Counted from the first letter of the stretch, positions 29,294-40,276 are shown. The stretch is 64,000 bases of DNA from Leptolyngbyales cyanobacterium (GCA_038227635.1 JBBRPT010000006.1:1-64000); one strand, 5' to 3'. Notes: generated by a model not told the origin, from the letters alone. Numbers and translations: made by a program.

Positions 29294-29977
29294 TTACAGC
29301 AATAAATCCGACGCAATAAGCTTCTTTTGAATGGCAATAACGGTAGCTTGTGTGCGATCGTGCACATTCAACTTCTGCAACACGGCATGGACATGCACCC
29401 TCACCGTGCTAGGAGACAGGTAGAGCATGGTCGCGATTTCTTGATTTGTTTTTCCCGCCGCAACTAACGCTAAAACTTCTTGCTCACGGCGGGTTAATGG
29501 ACTGATTGAGGGATAGTCAGCTTGAGTTAAATCGGAATGAATGGAACTGTTTTCAAGGGCAGCCCGAATTTCTGTCGTTGCAGTTTGATCCCACCAAGAC
29601 GCTCCGGCAACGATCGAGCGAATGGCTAAAAACAAGGTTTCTGAAGCAACTCCCTTGAGGCAATAGCCCTGTGCCCCAGCTGAAATCAGACGCATAATCA
29701 GAGACGTTTCTGAGCGAGAAGTCAGAACCAGAACGGGTAGATTATGATGTTGCTGTTTGATTTGGCGACAGGCTTCTATCCCCCCAATTCCAGGAAGTCC
29801 AACATCAAGCAGTACAATGTCTAAGAGTTGAGACTTCGCTAATTCAATTCCGGTTTCACCATCTTCTGTTTCTGCAACCACCTCAAATCCGGGTTCTTGC
29901 TGTAATCGCATTCGCAGACCCAAGCGGAACAGCTCATCGTCTTCAACTAGTAGAATTCGTAGAGGATTTGCAGGCAT
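29294..29977 (-). CDS. Two-component response regulator, NarL/FixJ (LuxR HTH) family
   Basis: REC domain (LLVEDDELFRLGL...DIVLLDVGLPGIGG) with a C-terminal LuxR HTH (LTRREQEVLALVAAGKTNQEIA). Start is at MPANPL. Confidence 0.85.
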   Translation of the reverse strand: MPANPLRILLVEDDELFRLGLRMRLQQEPGFEVVAETEDGETGIELAKSQLLDIVLLDVGLPGIGGIEACRQIKQQHHNLPVLVLTSRSETSLIMRLISAGAQGYCLKGVASETLFLAIRSIVAGASWWDQTATTEIRAALENSSIHSDLTQADYPSISPLTRREQEVLALVAAGKTNQEIATMLYLSPSTVRVHVHAVLQKLNVHDRTQATVIAIQKKLIASDLLL

Positions 29978-29988
29978 GTTGTGTTCAG

Positions 29989-31095
29989 TCAGAGCGACTG
30001 GTGTAGGAAGGCGGGAACCCGGAACCCAAAAATCGCTCCTGTCGGCAAACGTTTCTCTGCCCAAATTGTACCTCCATGTGCTTCGATAATTTGACGAGTG
30101 AGATAAAGTCCTAATCCAGAGCCTTTCGCTTGGCGATCGCTGTTTCCTTGATAAAACCTTTCAAACAAGTGCGGCAGTTCCTGATCGGTGATGCCTGCTC
30201 CAGAGTCAAGAATTTTTACAATGTGGTGGTCCGAGTGTGGCTGTAGCTCAATTTCAACTTTGCTTCCACGCGGCGAGTGATTTATGGCATTGGTGAGTAA
30301 GTTTGCGAAGACTCGGTGGAGTTGAAAAGCATCACCATTGACCCACAAAAACTGGCAAAAATCTGACTCACCAAAGTTGAGAGAAATATGAACTCGTCGT
30401 GACAACGCCAGCGACGTTAACGTAACTGCGGCTTCCTCTGCAATATTCGTCAAATCGACAGGCGCGGTCTGAAGCGCTAACCCTTGAGTGTCGTTGCGAT
30501 AAACATCTAACAAGGTTTCTACAAACTGCAAGCTCGTTTTATGACTTCGTGCCATCATCGCTAACACCTGCTGTTGAGCAGGTAGCAACGTCCCAAAATC
30601 CTCCTTTTGGAATGCTTTTATAGTTTCGATCGCGCCCAGTAATGGTGTCTTTAAATCGTGTGTCAGAGTCGAAGCAAAATCTTCTCGGAGATTTGCTAAT
30701 TGCTCTTGTGACTGAAGTTTAATTTGCTGCTGAGAAATTGCTTCTTCATAGCGACGATTTCGATCGCTTAATACGTCTGTGATCACGAGTGCCAAGATCG
30801 CAATCAATCGACTGGCAATAGTTGAAGCGCGAATTTCATAACTGCCCGGAAACCAGAGGTTGAGCAAAGTCAAAGCCGCCGCCGCAATCGTGATTTTTAA
30901 TGCAGTTGCTCGACTTAGACGCGAATTTGCCAGCAGAATAGGACCAATATAAAGGTAGCCAAAGACGTAATCAGAGGGCGTTAAGAACTCCAAAATTAGC
31001 ACGATCGCAAACAATCCAGCGATGAGCCAAAAGATGCTCAATCGCGAATCTCTGCGAGGTGCAATCATTTTGAAACGAAATTGCTGAGGCAACAT
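29989..31095 (-). CDS. Membrane-bound sensor histidine kinase
   Basis: 4 N-terminal TM helices. H-box LTHDLKTPL. N, G1 and G2 boxes (NLLTNAINHS, DSGAGI, GSGLGLYL). 12 nt upstream of the RR. Confidence 0.85.
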   Translation of the reverse strand: MLPQQFRFKMIAPRRDSRLSIFWLIAGLFAIVLILEFLTPSDYVFGYLYIGPILLANSRLSRATALKITIAAAALTLLNLWFPGSYEIRASTIASRLIAILALVITDVLSDRNRRYEEAISQQQIKLQSQEQLANLREDFASTLTHDLKTPLLGAIETIKAFQKEDFGTLLPAQQQVLAMMARSHKTSLQFVETLLDVYRNDTQGLALQTAPVDLTNIAEEAAVTLTSLALSRRVHISLNFGESDFCQFLWVNGDAFQLHRVFANLLTNAINHSPRGSKVEIELQPHSDHHIVKILDSGAGITDQELPHLFERFYQGNSDRQAKGSGLGLYLTRQIIEAHGGTIWAEKRLPTGAIFGFRVPAFLHQSL

Positions 31096-31180
31096 CTAAA
31101 AGCTGTAACCAGTTATTTGGTCAACCCGTTAATTAAAGTTGAAAAAGTCGATAAAAGTCCACCTGATTTTAAGAATAAAC

Positions 31181-31295
31181 GCGTGTTTAGACCGTGTTTA
31201 GATTAGAAATATGCCGTCAGATATAGAGCCTTCTAAACGAGTTTAGTCTCCCCTAGTTGTAGATATAGTTCACTTGACTAAAAACCTTCTAAACA
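31181..31295. promoter_or_regulatory. Cluster of five GTTTAGA / TCTAAAC heptamer repeats in the divergent HK-RR / kdp intergenic region (candidate operator)
   Basis: GTTTAGA at 31185 and 31196. TCTAAAC at 31232 and 31288. GTTTAG at 31241. Both direct and inverted arrangements are present. Confidence 0.3.
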
Positions 31296-31561
31296 GGCAC
31301 TTTTTCTGTATCGACGTTGGAAAAATAGCAGATGATAGATTCTGAGTAGAGTTGAATTTGTATCGACCTTGTCTATGTGCCTGATATTCTGACTGATTTT
31401 GACATTGAGTTGATGCTCTACCTTAGTGTGGCAATTCAGTATCAAACCGGTTCATCTGAAGCTTAGCGCTCGTGTTTACCCCAGAGGTCTTCTTACTTTT
31501 TCAGTTGACTCATTCAACTTGATCCTTCACCTAATCTCTCGTGTCAGGAGTTTTTTCATCC

Positions 31562-33301
31562 ATGTTAGAAGGATGGATTCAAATTGCATTAACGCTACTG
31601 ATTGTGATAGCAATTACTCCCTTCCTGGGAGGGTATATGGCTCGTGTCTACCTGGGAGAAAGAACGCTACTTGATCCGGTTCTCAATCCTGTCGAGCGAA
31701 TTCTTTTCAAACTGAGCGGTGTGCAAACCCGTGAAAACATGACTGGTTGGCAGTATATCAAAGCAGTGCTGTATAGCAATCTTGTGATGGCGCTGCTGCT
31801 GACCTTCATTTTGTTGAGCCAGAGGTGGTTACCCTTCAATCCAACGGCTCTCAGTACGCCAACTTGGGACACTATTCTGCATACGGTTATCTCTTTTATC
31901 ACCAACACCAATCAGCAACACTATTCTGGCGAAACTACCTACGGCTACTTTGCTCAATTTGCTGGATTGGGCTATATGTTTTTTGTCTCAGCCGCCACTG
32001 GGTTGGCAGTGGGAATTGCCTTTATTCGGGGATTGACGGGTAGACCCCTCGGCAACTTCTACGTCGATCTAACGCAATCGATCACGCGAATTTTATTGCC
32101 GATCGGGATCATTGGTACGATTATTTTTATTGCAGGTGGTGTGCCCGAAACGCTTGCTGGTCCGACTATTGTGCCAACGCTTGAAAATTCGGCGATCAGT
32201 CAGGCGATCGCCCGCGGTCCGGTAGCCCACTTTGAGATTTTGAAACAGATCGGTGAAAACGGCGGCGGTTTCTTTGCAGTTAACTCCGCTCATCCATTTG
32301 AGAATCCGAGTCCGTTTACTAACTTGATTCAGACTGTAGGAATGGTGATGATTCCCTCATCATTTATCTACACCTATGGCGTGATTGCTAACAATCGCAA
32401 ACAAGCCTGGTTAGTGTATGGCATGGTGTTGACGGTTTCGATCGTGTTCATCATATTCAACGGCATCAGCGAATATACCGGCAACCCTGCGGTGAATGCG
32501 CTGCTAGGCGGTCAGGCACCCAATTTAGAAGGGAAAGAAGTCCGGTTTGGCTGGGCACAATCTGCTTTATTCTCTGTGATCACGACGGGCACTATGACGG
32601 GTGCAGTCAATAGCTTTCATGATTCGTTCATGCCCACAGGCGGATTCGTCATGATGTCAAATATGTTCCTGCAAATCATTTGGGGCGGGCAAGGAACAGG
32701 AACGGCTTACTTATTTGCCTATCTGATTTTAGCGGTGTTTGTGACGGGTTTGATGGTCGGACGCACTCCCGAATTTTTGGGGCGCAAGATTGAAAAGCGT
32801 GAGGTCGTGCTGGCGAGCTTTTTGATCTTGCTGGTTCACCCGATCGCGATTCTGATTCCAGGCGCGATCGCCATGTCACTGCCCAGCGCACCCGATGGAG
32901 TAACGGCTCAAGGCTTCTACAATGGCATCACCAATCCTAGTTTTCACGGGTTAACTCAGGTTCTCTATGAATATGCCTCAGCCGCCGCTAACAATGGATC
33001 TGGCTTTGGAGGACTCTTAACCAGTCAACCTGCTCCGTCAGCCTTGTGGTGGAATTTGAGCGCTTCATTTAGTCTGCTCATGGGGCGCTATGTGCCGATC
33101 GTCGCTCTACTGCTGTTAGCTGATAGTATGTCGCGCAAGCAGCCTGTGCCAATGACGAGTGGAACGCTCCGTACCGATACGGGGCTGTTCACAGGCATCA
33201 CAGCAGGCGTAATTTTGATTATGGGTGCGCTGACGTTCTTCCCGGTGTTGGCACTCGGTCCGATCGCCGAAGCCTTTCAGATCGCCAAGGGCATTGGGTA
33301 A
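31562..33301 (+). CDS. kdpA: Potassium-transporting ATPase subunit KdpA
   Basis: KdpA N-terminus [33 protein letters not shown]. 10-TM channel-like subunit. AGGAG sits 12 nt upstream of the ATG at 31562. Confidence 0.9.
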   Translation: MLEGWIQIALTLLIVIAITPFLGGYMARVYLGERTLLDPVLNPVERILFKLSGVQTRENMTGWQYIKAVLYSNLVMALLLTFILLSQRWLPFNPTALSTPTWDTILHTVISFITNTNQQHYSGETTYGYFAQFAGLGYMFFVSAATGLAVGIAFIRGLTGRPLGNFYVDLTQSITRILLPIGIIGTIIFIAGGVPETLAGPTIVPTLENSAISQAIARGPVAHFEILKQIGENGGGFFAVNSAHPFENPSPFTNLIQTVGMVMIPSSFIYTYGVIANNRKQAWLVYGMVLTVSIVFIIFNGISEYTGNPAVNALLGGQAPNLEGKEVRFGWAQSALFSVITTGTMTGAVNSFHDSFMPTGGFVMMSNMFLQIIWGGQGTGTAYLFAYLILAVFVTGLMVGRTPEFLGRKIEKREVVLASFLILLVHPIAILIPGAIAMSLPSAPDGVTAQGFYNGITNPSFHGLTQVLYEYASAAANNGSGFGGLLTSQPAPSALWWNLSASFSLLMGRYVPIVALLLLADSMSRKQPVPMTSGTLRTDTGLFTGITAGVILIMGALTFFPVLALGPIAEAFQIAKGIG

Positions 33302-33337
33302 CTCAGCCTTGAGATTGGGTATCCAGCCAGCTATATT

Positions 33338-35470
33338 TTGTCCTTTTGCCTACAGACGACAGACTCCGAATTTATGCAAACTCCACAAGATTCAGATTCC
33401 CTTCGGTCTTCCCGTGGCGGTGCACGCGACTCTCGCAGACACACTCCCAAAGCCAATATGAGCGGGTTATATCAGAGAGCCATTCGCGAAGCGTTTGTCA
33501 AACTCGACCCCCGCACTGAGGTTAAAAACCCAGTCATGTTCGTGGTTTGGGTAGGAACGATCGTGACCTTTTTCGTGACGCTTGACCCAAACTTGTTTGG
33601 CACTGTGCAGGCTGATCCCGGTCAACAACGACTGCTCAACGGGTTAATTACGTTCATTTTGTTTTTTACACTCGTCTTTGCCAACTTTGCCGAAGCCGTT
33701 GCCGAAGGGCGAGGTAAAGCCCAAGCCGATGCTCTCCGTTCAACTCGATCGGACACGATCGCCCACAAACTTTTACCTAACGGCTCGATTCAAGAAGTCA
33801 GCTCGACTGAGCTGCGACGCGGCGATCAGGTGAAGGTGGTAGCGGGCGATATGATTCCTGCCGATGGCGAGGTGATCAAAGGGATTGCCTCTGTCGATGA
33901 GTCTGCGATTACCGGAGAATCGGCTCCAGTTCTCAAGCAGCCGGGTACAGATATTATGAGTTCGGTGACTGGGGGAACGCGCATCCTCTCGGATGAGTTA
34001 ATTCTCAATGTCACGTCCGATCCGGGTCAAGGGTTTATCGACCGGATGATTGCTTTAGTTGAAGGCGCAGAACGAGTCAAAACCCCAAACGAAATCGCTT
34101 TGACGGTGCTGCTAACCGTTCTGACGCTGGTGTTTTTGATCGTGGTTGCAACCGTTTCGCCTTTGGCAAACTATGTGAGTGCACCGACGACGATCGCCAT
34201 TCTTATTTCCCTATTAGTCGCGTTAATTCCCACGACGATCGGCGGGTTATTAAGCGCGATCGGGATTGCCGGAATGGATCGGGTGGCGCAGTTCAATGTC
34301 ATTGCTACATCGGGTCGTGCTGTGGAGGCTTGTGGAGACATTAGCACCCTTGTTCTCGACAAAACCGGAACAATTACACTAGGCAACCGATTAGCAGATG
34401 AGTTCATTCCGGTTGATGGTCACACGGTTGAAGAAGTCGCCCAAATTGCTCTCGCTGCGAGTGTGTTTGATGAAACGCCCGAAGGGAAGTCGATCGTGAT
34501 TCTAGCCGAACGCAACAGTGCCAACATAGACTTTAATACCGACGATGCCAGTGGAGTCGAATTTACAGCCAGAACGCGCATGAGCGGAACGGACTTACCG
34601 CATGGCAAGGAAGTGCGTAAAGGTGCAGTGGATGCTGTTAAAGGCTTTGTGCGATCGCGCGGCGGAACGGTTTCGGCTCAGGTAGACGACGCTTACGAGC
34701 GGGTGTCTCGTTTAGGTGGAACTCCACTCGCAGTCTGCCAAGGTAGCGAAATCTATGGGGTAATCTATCTCAAAGACATTGTGAAAGCAGGTCTGCGCGA
34801 ACGGTTTGATCAACTCCGCCGCATGGGTGTAAAAACGATCATGCTCACAGGCGACAACCGCATTACTGCTTCGGTGATTGCTGAAGAAGCCGGAGTCGAT
34901 GACTTCATTGCCGAGGCGACTCCTGAAGACAAAATCGATGTGATTCGCCGAGAACAATCGGAAGGCAAACTGGTTGCCATGACCGGAGACGGAACCAACG
35001 ATGCGCCTGCTCTCGCTCAAGCAAACGTCGGCGTGGCAATGAACTCTGGTACTCAAGCCGCTAAAGAAGCCGCCAACATGGTGGATTTGGATTCTGACCC
35101 GACGAAACTGATTGACCTGGTGACGATCGGCAAGCAGCTTCTCATCACTCGCGGGGCATTGACAACGTTCTCGATCGCGAACGACATTGCAAAATACTTT
35201 GCGATCATTCCGACCATCTTCGCAGCAGCAGGGATTGGTTCTCTCAACATCATGGGCTTAAAGAGTCCACAGTCAGCGATCATTTCAGCGTTGATTTATA
35301 ATGCGCTGATCATTCCCGCTCTAATTCCATTGGCACTAAAGGGAGTGCAGTTCCGTCCGCTCACGGCAAATCAACTGCTGCGTCGTAATATCTTGATTTA
35401 TGGCATGGGTGGAGTGATTGCCCCCTTTATCGCAATCAAGATTATTGATGTGTTGATTCCACTCTCTTAG
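33338..35470 (+). CDS. kdpB: Potassium-transporting P-type ATPase subunit KdpB
   Basis: [10 protein letters not shown] phosphorylation motif, [15 protein letters not shown], and collinear similarity to E. coli KdpB. The start may be an internal ATG ([13 protein letters not shown]). Confidence 0.92.
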   Translation: MSFCLQTTDSEFMQTPQDSDSLRSSRGGARDSRRHTPKANMSGLYQRAIREAFVKLDPRTEVKNPVMFVVWVGTIVTFFVTLDPNLFGTVQADPGQQRLLNGLITFILFFTLVFANFAEAVAEGRGKAQADALRSTRSDTIAHKLLPNGSIQEVSSTELRRGDQVKVVAGDMIPADGEVIKGIASVDESAITGESAPVLKQPGTDIMSSVTGGTRILSDELILNVTSDPGQGFIDRMIALVEGAERVKTPNEIALTVLLTVLTLVFLIVVATVSPLANYVSAPTTIAILISLLVALIPTTIGGLLSAIGIAGMDRVAQFNVIATSGRAVEACGDISTLVLDKTGTITLGNRLADEFIPVDGHTVEEVAQIALAASVFDETPEGKSIVILAERNSANIDFNTDDASGVEFTARTRMSGTDLPHGKEVRKGAVDAVKGFVRSRGGTVSAQVDDAYERVSRLGGTPLAVCQGSEIYGVIYLKDIVKAGLRERFDQLRRMGVKTIMLTGDNRITASVIAEEAGVDDFIAEATPEDKIDVIRREQSEGKLVAMTGDGTNDAPALAQANVGVAMNSGTQAAKEAANMVDLDSDPTKLIDLVTIGKQLLITRGALTTFSIANDIAKYFAIIPTIFAAAGIGSLNIMGLKSPQSAIISALIYNALIIPALIPLALKGVQFRPLTANQLLRRNILIYGMGGVIAPFIAIKIIDVLIPLS

Positions 35471-35517
35471 GCGTTAATCGATCGATTCATCAAGCTAATC
35501 TCTAAGATATAATCTCT

Positions 35518-35799
35518 ATGAAACGATTTCAGGTTCGACTCCCTGTTTTATCCGCTCAAGTCTCAACTCAAGTGATTGAAGACATGACCGAAATCTGGTC
35601 TGAGTGGCGCAGACAAAAGCTTCCTCTCTACCTATTTTTGGGGCTGTGTTTCAACCTCGTCCTCGCCCCTGCTGTCTTTGCGGCAACGGGTGGAGAGATG
35701 TCTCGCAGCCAAACCTATTGGCTATCAGCCCTCGGTTTAGTCACGATCGCCCTCGCAATTTATCTGTTTTTTGTCATGTTTGTACCGGAGAAGTTCTAA
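35518..35799 (+). CDS. Small membrane protein of the kdp operon (KdpG-like with KdpF-like C-terminus)
   Basis: 93 aa. Two TM helices. The C-terminus LAIYLFFVMFVPEKF resembles the KdpF ending (...LVYALINAEAF). Located between kdpB and kdpC, as in cyanobacterial kdpABGCD. Confidence 0.55.
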   Translation: MKRFQVRLPVLSAQVSTQVIEDMTEIWSEWRRQKLPLYLFLGLCFNLVLAPAVFAATGGEMSRSQTYWLSALGLVTIALAIYLFFVMFVPEKF

Positions 35800-36437
35800 T
35801 GAGTTTTGCACGCGAGGCTAGTAGAGCCGTTCGATCGACGCTGGTGCTTTGGGTTTTGACCGCGATTCTCTATCCCTTGGCAATGATTGCGTTTGGACAG
35901 ATTGTTTTTCCGTTTCAGGCAAACGGCAGCATGATCAAGAACGCTCAAGGTCAAGAAGTGGGTTCTGCGCTAATTGGTCAACCATTTACATCCGGTCGCT
36001 ATTTCAACAGTCGCCCCAGTACAACCAGCTATAGCACTGCCGATCCTAAGAAAGATGATGCTGGAGTGCTTAAAACAGGCGTATCGGGGGCGAGCAACTT
36101 AGCGCCCAGTAACCCTGCACTGCTCGATCGGATGAGAGGAAAGAGCGATCCTGATTCAACCAAGGCGATCGAGGGTGACATTCCTCGGTTGCAGAAGGCA
36201 GGAGTCAAGCCAACAGCGGATCTAGTTTATACATCTGGATCGAGTCTTGACCCTCACATCACGCCCGAAGCGGCGATCGCCCAATTAGCGAGAGTTGCCA
36301 GAGCACGAAATCTTCAACCCAATCAGTTAGAAAGTCTAATTGCTCAAAATACAGACGGTCGCTTTTTGGGCATTTTTGGTGAACCGGGGGTGAACGTGTT
36401 AAAGCTCAATCTGGCTTTAGATGGGCTGAAGAGTTAA
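35799..36437 (+). CDS. kdpC: Potassium-transporting ATPase subunit KdpC
   Basis: The ATG overlaps the TAA of the upstream gene. N-terminal TM then a periplasmic domain. Typical KdpC size (212 aa). Confidence 0.82.
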   Translation: MSFAREASRAVRSTLVLWVLTAILYPLAMIAFGQIVFPFQANGSMIKNAQGQEVGSALIGQPFTSGRYFNSRPSTTSYSTADPKKDDAGVLKTGVSGASNLAPSNPALLDRMRGKSDPDSTKAIEGDIPRLQKAGVKPTADLVYTSGSSLDPHITPEAAIAQLARVARARNLQPNQLESLIAQNTDGRFLGIFGEPGVNVLKLNLALDGLKS

Positions 36438-36515
36438 CGATCGGTCATGGCACAATCGTTGGAGACGTTCTACCGAAACGTCTCTACGGGGTTGGGTAAA
36501 TTCAATGTCGATTAA

Positions 36516-37667
36516 TTGGTACTGCTGAACCATCGATCTATGCAAAATCTATCTAATTCTTCCCCCGATCGTACTTACATTCGTCCCGCTCGCCGTGGGA
36601 AGCACAAAGCGTTTATTGGGATGTCTCCGGGTGTGGGCAAAACCTACAAAATGCTGGAAGAGGGGCATCGTCTTAAAAAAGAAGGGACGGATGTTGTGAT
36701 TGGGCTACTAGAAACGCACAATCGACAGGAGACGATCGCCAAAGCCGTCGGGTTAGAGCAAGTGCCGCGCCAAAAAATCACCTGGTTAGACGTGACGCTC
36801 ACTGAAATGGATACGGATGCGATTATTGCCCGTCAGCCCCAGCTTGTCTTAGTCGATGAATTGGCTCACACCAATGTTCCTGGCTCTGAGCGAGAAAAAC
36901 GCTATCAGGATGTCGAAGTGATCTTAGCCGCCGGAATTGATGTCTTTTCGACGGTCAACATTCAGCATTTGGAAAGCTTAAATGATCTGGTAGCGCGGAT
37001 TACTGGAGTGGTCGTGCGAGAACGAATTCCTGATCGCTTACTCGATGAAGCCGATGAAGTCGTCGTCGTCGATGTCACCCCCGAAACGCTGGAGGAACGC
37101 CTCAGAGACGGCAAAATCTATGCACCCGAAAAAGTAGATCAATCTCTACAAAACTTCTTCCAACGGCGTAATCTGATTGCCCTGCGAGAGCTTGCACTCA
37201 GAGAGATCGCAGATAACGTCGAAGAAGATGCCATTGGTAATAGCAATAACTCCAGTGCCACACCTTACTGCAACGTTCACGAGCGAGTGTTAGTGTGTGT
37301 CTCGACTTACCCCAACGCCATCCAGCTTGTCAGGCGAGGTGCTCGAATAGCAGGGTATATGCACGCCCCTCTCTACTGTCTATTTGTGAATGATCCCGAT
37401 CGCTTTTTGAATAAAGCAGAAAGCTTGCATATCGAAACCTGTGAACGGCTCTGTGAAGAATTTGGAGGGCAGTTTATTCGAGCTTCAGAGCAGCAAAAAG
37501 CAAGAGCAATCTCAGAGGTTGCTAAAGAATATCGAATTACGCAAATTGTGATTGGCGAAAGTCAGCGATCTCTTTGGAAGACTGTGCTGCGCGGCTCATT
37601 GACTCAACAACTGCTGAAGGCACTTACAAATATTGATGTGCATATCATCGCGACTGAAAAACCGTAA
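36516..37667 (+). CDS. kdpD: Truncated KdpD (N-terminal KdpD sensor domain + Usp domain, no kinase domain)
   Basis: SPGVGKTYKMLEEGHRLKKEGTDVVIG (KdpD N-terminal P-loop-like motif). Usp-like C-terminus. No HisKA/HATPase. The start may be the ATG at 36540. Confidence 0.85.
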   Translation: MVLLNHRSMQNLSNSSPDRTYIRPARRGKHKAFIGMSPGVGKTYKMLEEGHRLKKEGTDVVIGLLETHNRQETIAKAVGLEQVPRQKITWLDVTLTEMDTDAIIARQPQLVLVDELAHTNVPGSEREKRYQDVEVILAAGIDVFSTVNIQHLESLNDLVARITGVVVRERIPDRLLDEADEVVVVDVTPETLEERLRDGKIYAPEKVDQSLQNFFQRRNLIALRELALREIADNVEEDAIGNSNNSSATPYCNVHERVLVCVSTYPNAIQLVRRGARIAGYMHAPLYCLFVNDPDRFLNKAESLHIETCERLCEEFGGQFIRASEQQKARAISEVAKEYRITQIVIGESQRSLWKTVLRGSLTQQLLKALTNIDVHIIATEKP

Positions 37668-37849
37668 TAGGAACATCAAGACACCGATCACAATCGTCAA
37701 TTAGCCCTTTAGATCGTTTGCTCATCGCCTTTTGGAGAAACGGTAACTAACCCTCCGTGAACGGCTATATTCCTGGGTACCCGCAATCTAGGAATTGGCT
37801 TGGTTAGATGTGGGCACTCTTAGCCGTCTCTTTTATTTTCCACATCTAA

Positions 37850-38272
37850 CATCGTCTCATACTGTCGATTACCCATTGCGCGATCGCGACGGCTGGTACT
37901 TCCCTAATTCTCAGAACCGCCGACCCTTGGCAATCTGTCTCGCAATGGTGGGTTCTCGTGGGTTCTCAGATTCCCGATATCGACACCTCGACCAGCACGA
38001 TCGAGAAAATCTTCTTCCCAGTCTCATCAGGGATCGAGATCCGCTATCCTTACCGCACCATCACTCACAGCCTATTCGCAACGATAGGAGTCGCGGTGTT
38101 GAGTGGGCTAATCGGAGTCTCGACCGGAAATCTCTCAACTTGGGTAGCGCTGCCACTAGGTCATTTATTGACCTGGTTTAGCGACTGTTTCACCAAACAA
38201 GGCATGATGTTGTTTTACCTTGGAGCTTCGCGAATCGAATCGCTCCTCCTTCATCTCAAAGAACTTGTTTGA
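37850..38272 (+). CDS. Membrane-bound metal-dependent hydrolase, YdjM/DUF457 family (start unresolved; possible frameshift)
   Basis: The frame open from 37850 reads HRLILSITHCAIA...QWWVLVGSQIPDIDT...RTITHSLF, which aligns to YdjM (HLLFSIACAVFA...DWWHIVPS..LPDIDH...GFTHSLL). The only nearby ATG (37795) is in another frame. Confidence 0.5.
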   Translation, partial: HRLILSITHCAIATAGTSLILRTADPWQSVSQWWVLVGSQIPDIDTSTSTIEKIFFPVSSGIEIRYPYRTITHSLFATIGVAVLSGLIGVSTGNLSTWVALPLGHLLTWFSDCFTKQGMMLFYLGASRIESLLLHLKELV

Positions 38273-38332
38273 GTCACTGAAGCCGCCCAAGATTTACGTG
38301 CTTGACCACAGCTAGGAGGGAGAATATCGGGT

Positions 38333-38692
38333 ATGAATTGTTCTGACATCTTTGATTCCTACCGAACTGGAATGGCAGCTTACGAACAGCTTCGCTGCGC
38401 CAAAGGCGTGCGTTGCCACCCACCAACGATTCGATCTCAATGGTCAGCATTCCAGACAGAACTGGAGGAGTTCATCACTGAGCCGAGTTTTGAGGAAGCC
38501 TGGGACGTTTTGCACTCCTTTAGTCGGCTGGTCTGGAAACTGACCGGGATTCCACTTCAATGGCTGGCTTATCCGACTATGAGGAAGCATGGAGAGCGAT
38601 TTGCAGAAACAGGTTGTATCCGCAGTCGCCGCAACTGTGAGGGGCAGTGCTGTTTTCAAGCTGAAGATTTGCAGGGGCGAGTAGGAAACTAG
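38333..38692 (+). CDS. Hypothetical protein
   Basis: 119-aa ORF with an RBS-like GGAGGGAG upstream. No motif recognised. Confidence 0.35.
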   Translation: MNCSDIFDSYRTGMAAYEQLRCAKGVRCHPPTIRSQWSAFQTELEEFITEPSFEEAWDVLHSFSRLVWKLTGIPLQWLAYPTMRKHGERFAETGCIRSRRNCEGQCCFQAEDLQGRVGN

Positions 38693-38879
38693 ATGAGGAT
38701 GAGTGATGGATGATAGCCGATGTGCATTGACGACAGAGGGAAATCGCTCCTTCATACCCACTACTATTGAAACCGAGATTCTGTAATTACACTTTAACGA
38801 TTTACTGAGATGAACATTTATTAGGTTGAGCCAACGATAGGCTAAGGAACAACCGTTTGTACATCAGGGAAAGCCCTTT

Positions 38880-40166
38880 ATGACTCGATTTGGCATCTTA
38901 TGCCCGTCGGCGATCGGACATCTCAACCCCATGTGTACGCTTGGGCGAGAACTGCAACGTCGTGGACATTCAGTAATCTTATTCGGGGTACCGGATCTTC
39001 AGACCAAGATCGTCCAAACCGGAATCGAGTTTTGCATTCTTGGCGAGGCAGAATTCCCGAAGGGAACGTTAGCAACGATTTATCAACGGCTGGGCGAACT
39101 GAGTGGCTTTGCTGGCTTCAGCTTTACGATGCGTTGGATTCAGAACGAGGCACAGATGCTGTTTGATGAAGCCCCAGATGCCATTCAAGCAGCGGCGGTA
39201 GAAGCCTTGATCATTGATCAAACCTCCCTCGCGGGTGGCACCATTGCCGATCGTCTGAACCTTCCATCTATCACCGTCTGTAATGCGTTGTTGATTAATC
39301 GGGAAGCCGGAGTTCCCCCATTTTTTACGGACTGGGGCTATCGCTCATCTGGGTGGGCACTGCTTCGCAATCAACTCAGCAACACGTTTTTAGAAGTGAT
39401 GACCCAATCTGCACGGGCGCTGATTTGGCGACAGCGGCAGCAATGGCACCTCTCTCCCTACACTGGTGATAATGACTTCTTTTCCCCGCTCGCCCAGATT
39501 TGCCAACTTCCAGCAGCGTTTGATTTTCCCCGCAAGCGTTTAGTCCCTTGGTTTCACTACACAGGTCCGCTGCAAGATCCGTCTGGGGTAGAGCCGATCT
39601 CGTTTCCCGACTTCCCTTTTCCATTTGACCAACTAACGAATCAACGGTTAATCTACGCCTCGCTCGGCACCCTGCAAAATCGTAAACCCGAAATTTTTCA
39701 GACGATCGCTGCCGCTTGTGTCGGAGTGGATGCTCAACTCGTGGTTTCTTTGGGTAATCCAAATGCTCAGGTAAACGAGTTGCCGCTGCTTGGGTCTCCT
39801 CTCGTTGTCCCTTATGCCCCTCATCAACAACTGATTCAACGTGCCAGCCTGGTCATCACGCACGCAGGTATGAATACAACTTTAGGCGCTTTAAGCAGTG
39901 GGGTTCCACTCGTTGCGATTCCAATTACCAATGAACAGCCTGCGATTGCAGCTCGGTTAGTTCGTACCGGATCTGGTGCAATGTTATCGCTGTCAAATTT
40001 AAGTGTCACGAGGTTACACACAACGATTCAGCGTGTGTTAATGGAAGATAGCTATAAACAAAATGCAACTCGATTGCAGTCGGCGATCTCGCAATCAGGT
40101 GGCGTTTGCCGTGCTGCACAGATCATCGAACAGGCAATTTTGACCGGGATGCCTGTTCTGTATTGA
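38880..40166 (+). CDS. UDP-glycosyltransferase, GT1 family (MGT/UGT-like)
   Basis: N-terminal GILCPSAIGHLNPMCTLGRELQRRGH. C-terminal PSPG-like HAGMNTTLGALSSGVPLVAIPITNEQ. Confidence 0.8.
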   Translation: MTRFGILCPSAIGHLNPMCTLGRELQRRGHSVILFGVPDLQTKIVQTGIEFCILGEAEFPKGTLATIYQRLGELSGFAGFSFTMRWIQNEAQMLFDEAPDAIQAAAVEALIIDQTSLAGGTIADRLNLPSITVCNALLINREAGVPPFFTDWGYRSSGWALLRNQLSNTFLEVMTQSARALIWRQRQQWHLSPYTGDNDFFSPLAQICQLPAAFDFPRKRLVPWFHYTGPLQDPSGVEPISFPDFPFPFDQLTNQRLIYASLGTLQNRKPEIFQTIAAACVGVDAQLVVSLGNPNAQVNELPLLGSPLVVPYAPHQQLIQRASLVITHAGMNTTLGALSSGVPLVAIPITNEQPAIAARLVRTGSGAMLSLSNLSVTRLHTTIQRVLMEDSYKQNATRLQSAISQSGGVCRAAQIIEQAILTGMPVLY

Positions 40167-40276
40167 TATGAGGCGATCGCTCTACTTCTTTTCATCAATG
40201 CTGTTGGGCATGAGAATGGATGCTGATCCGTTCCCCATGCACCAAACCGGTAGTGTCCTAGACGTGTTGTTGCAGT

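Noticed and set aside
31300-31560. Possible c-di-AMP (ydaO-type) riboswitch upstream of kdpA
   Set aside because: The 5' region lacks the characteristic pseudo-symmetric conserved ACGGGG/CCCG helices of that class. Only the heptamer repeats further upstream stand out.
33826-35283. Several 60-114-aa antisense ORFs inside kdpB, and similar ones inside the PBP, STK, rSAM and GlnN regions
   Set aside because: They sit antisense inside strongly supported long genes, which is typical of GC-rich coding sequence, and have no start or RBS support.
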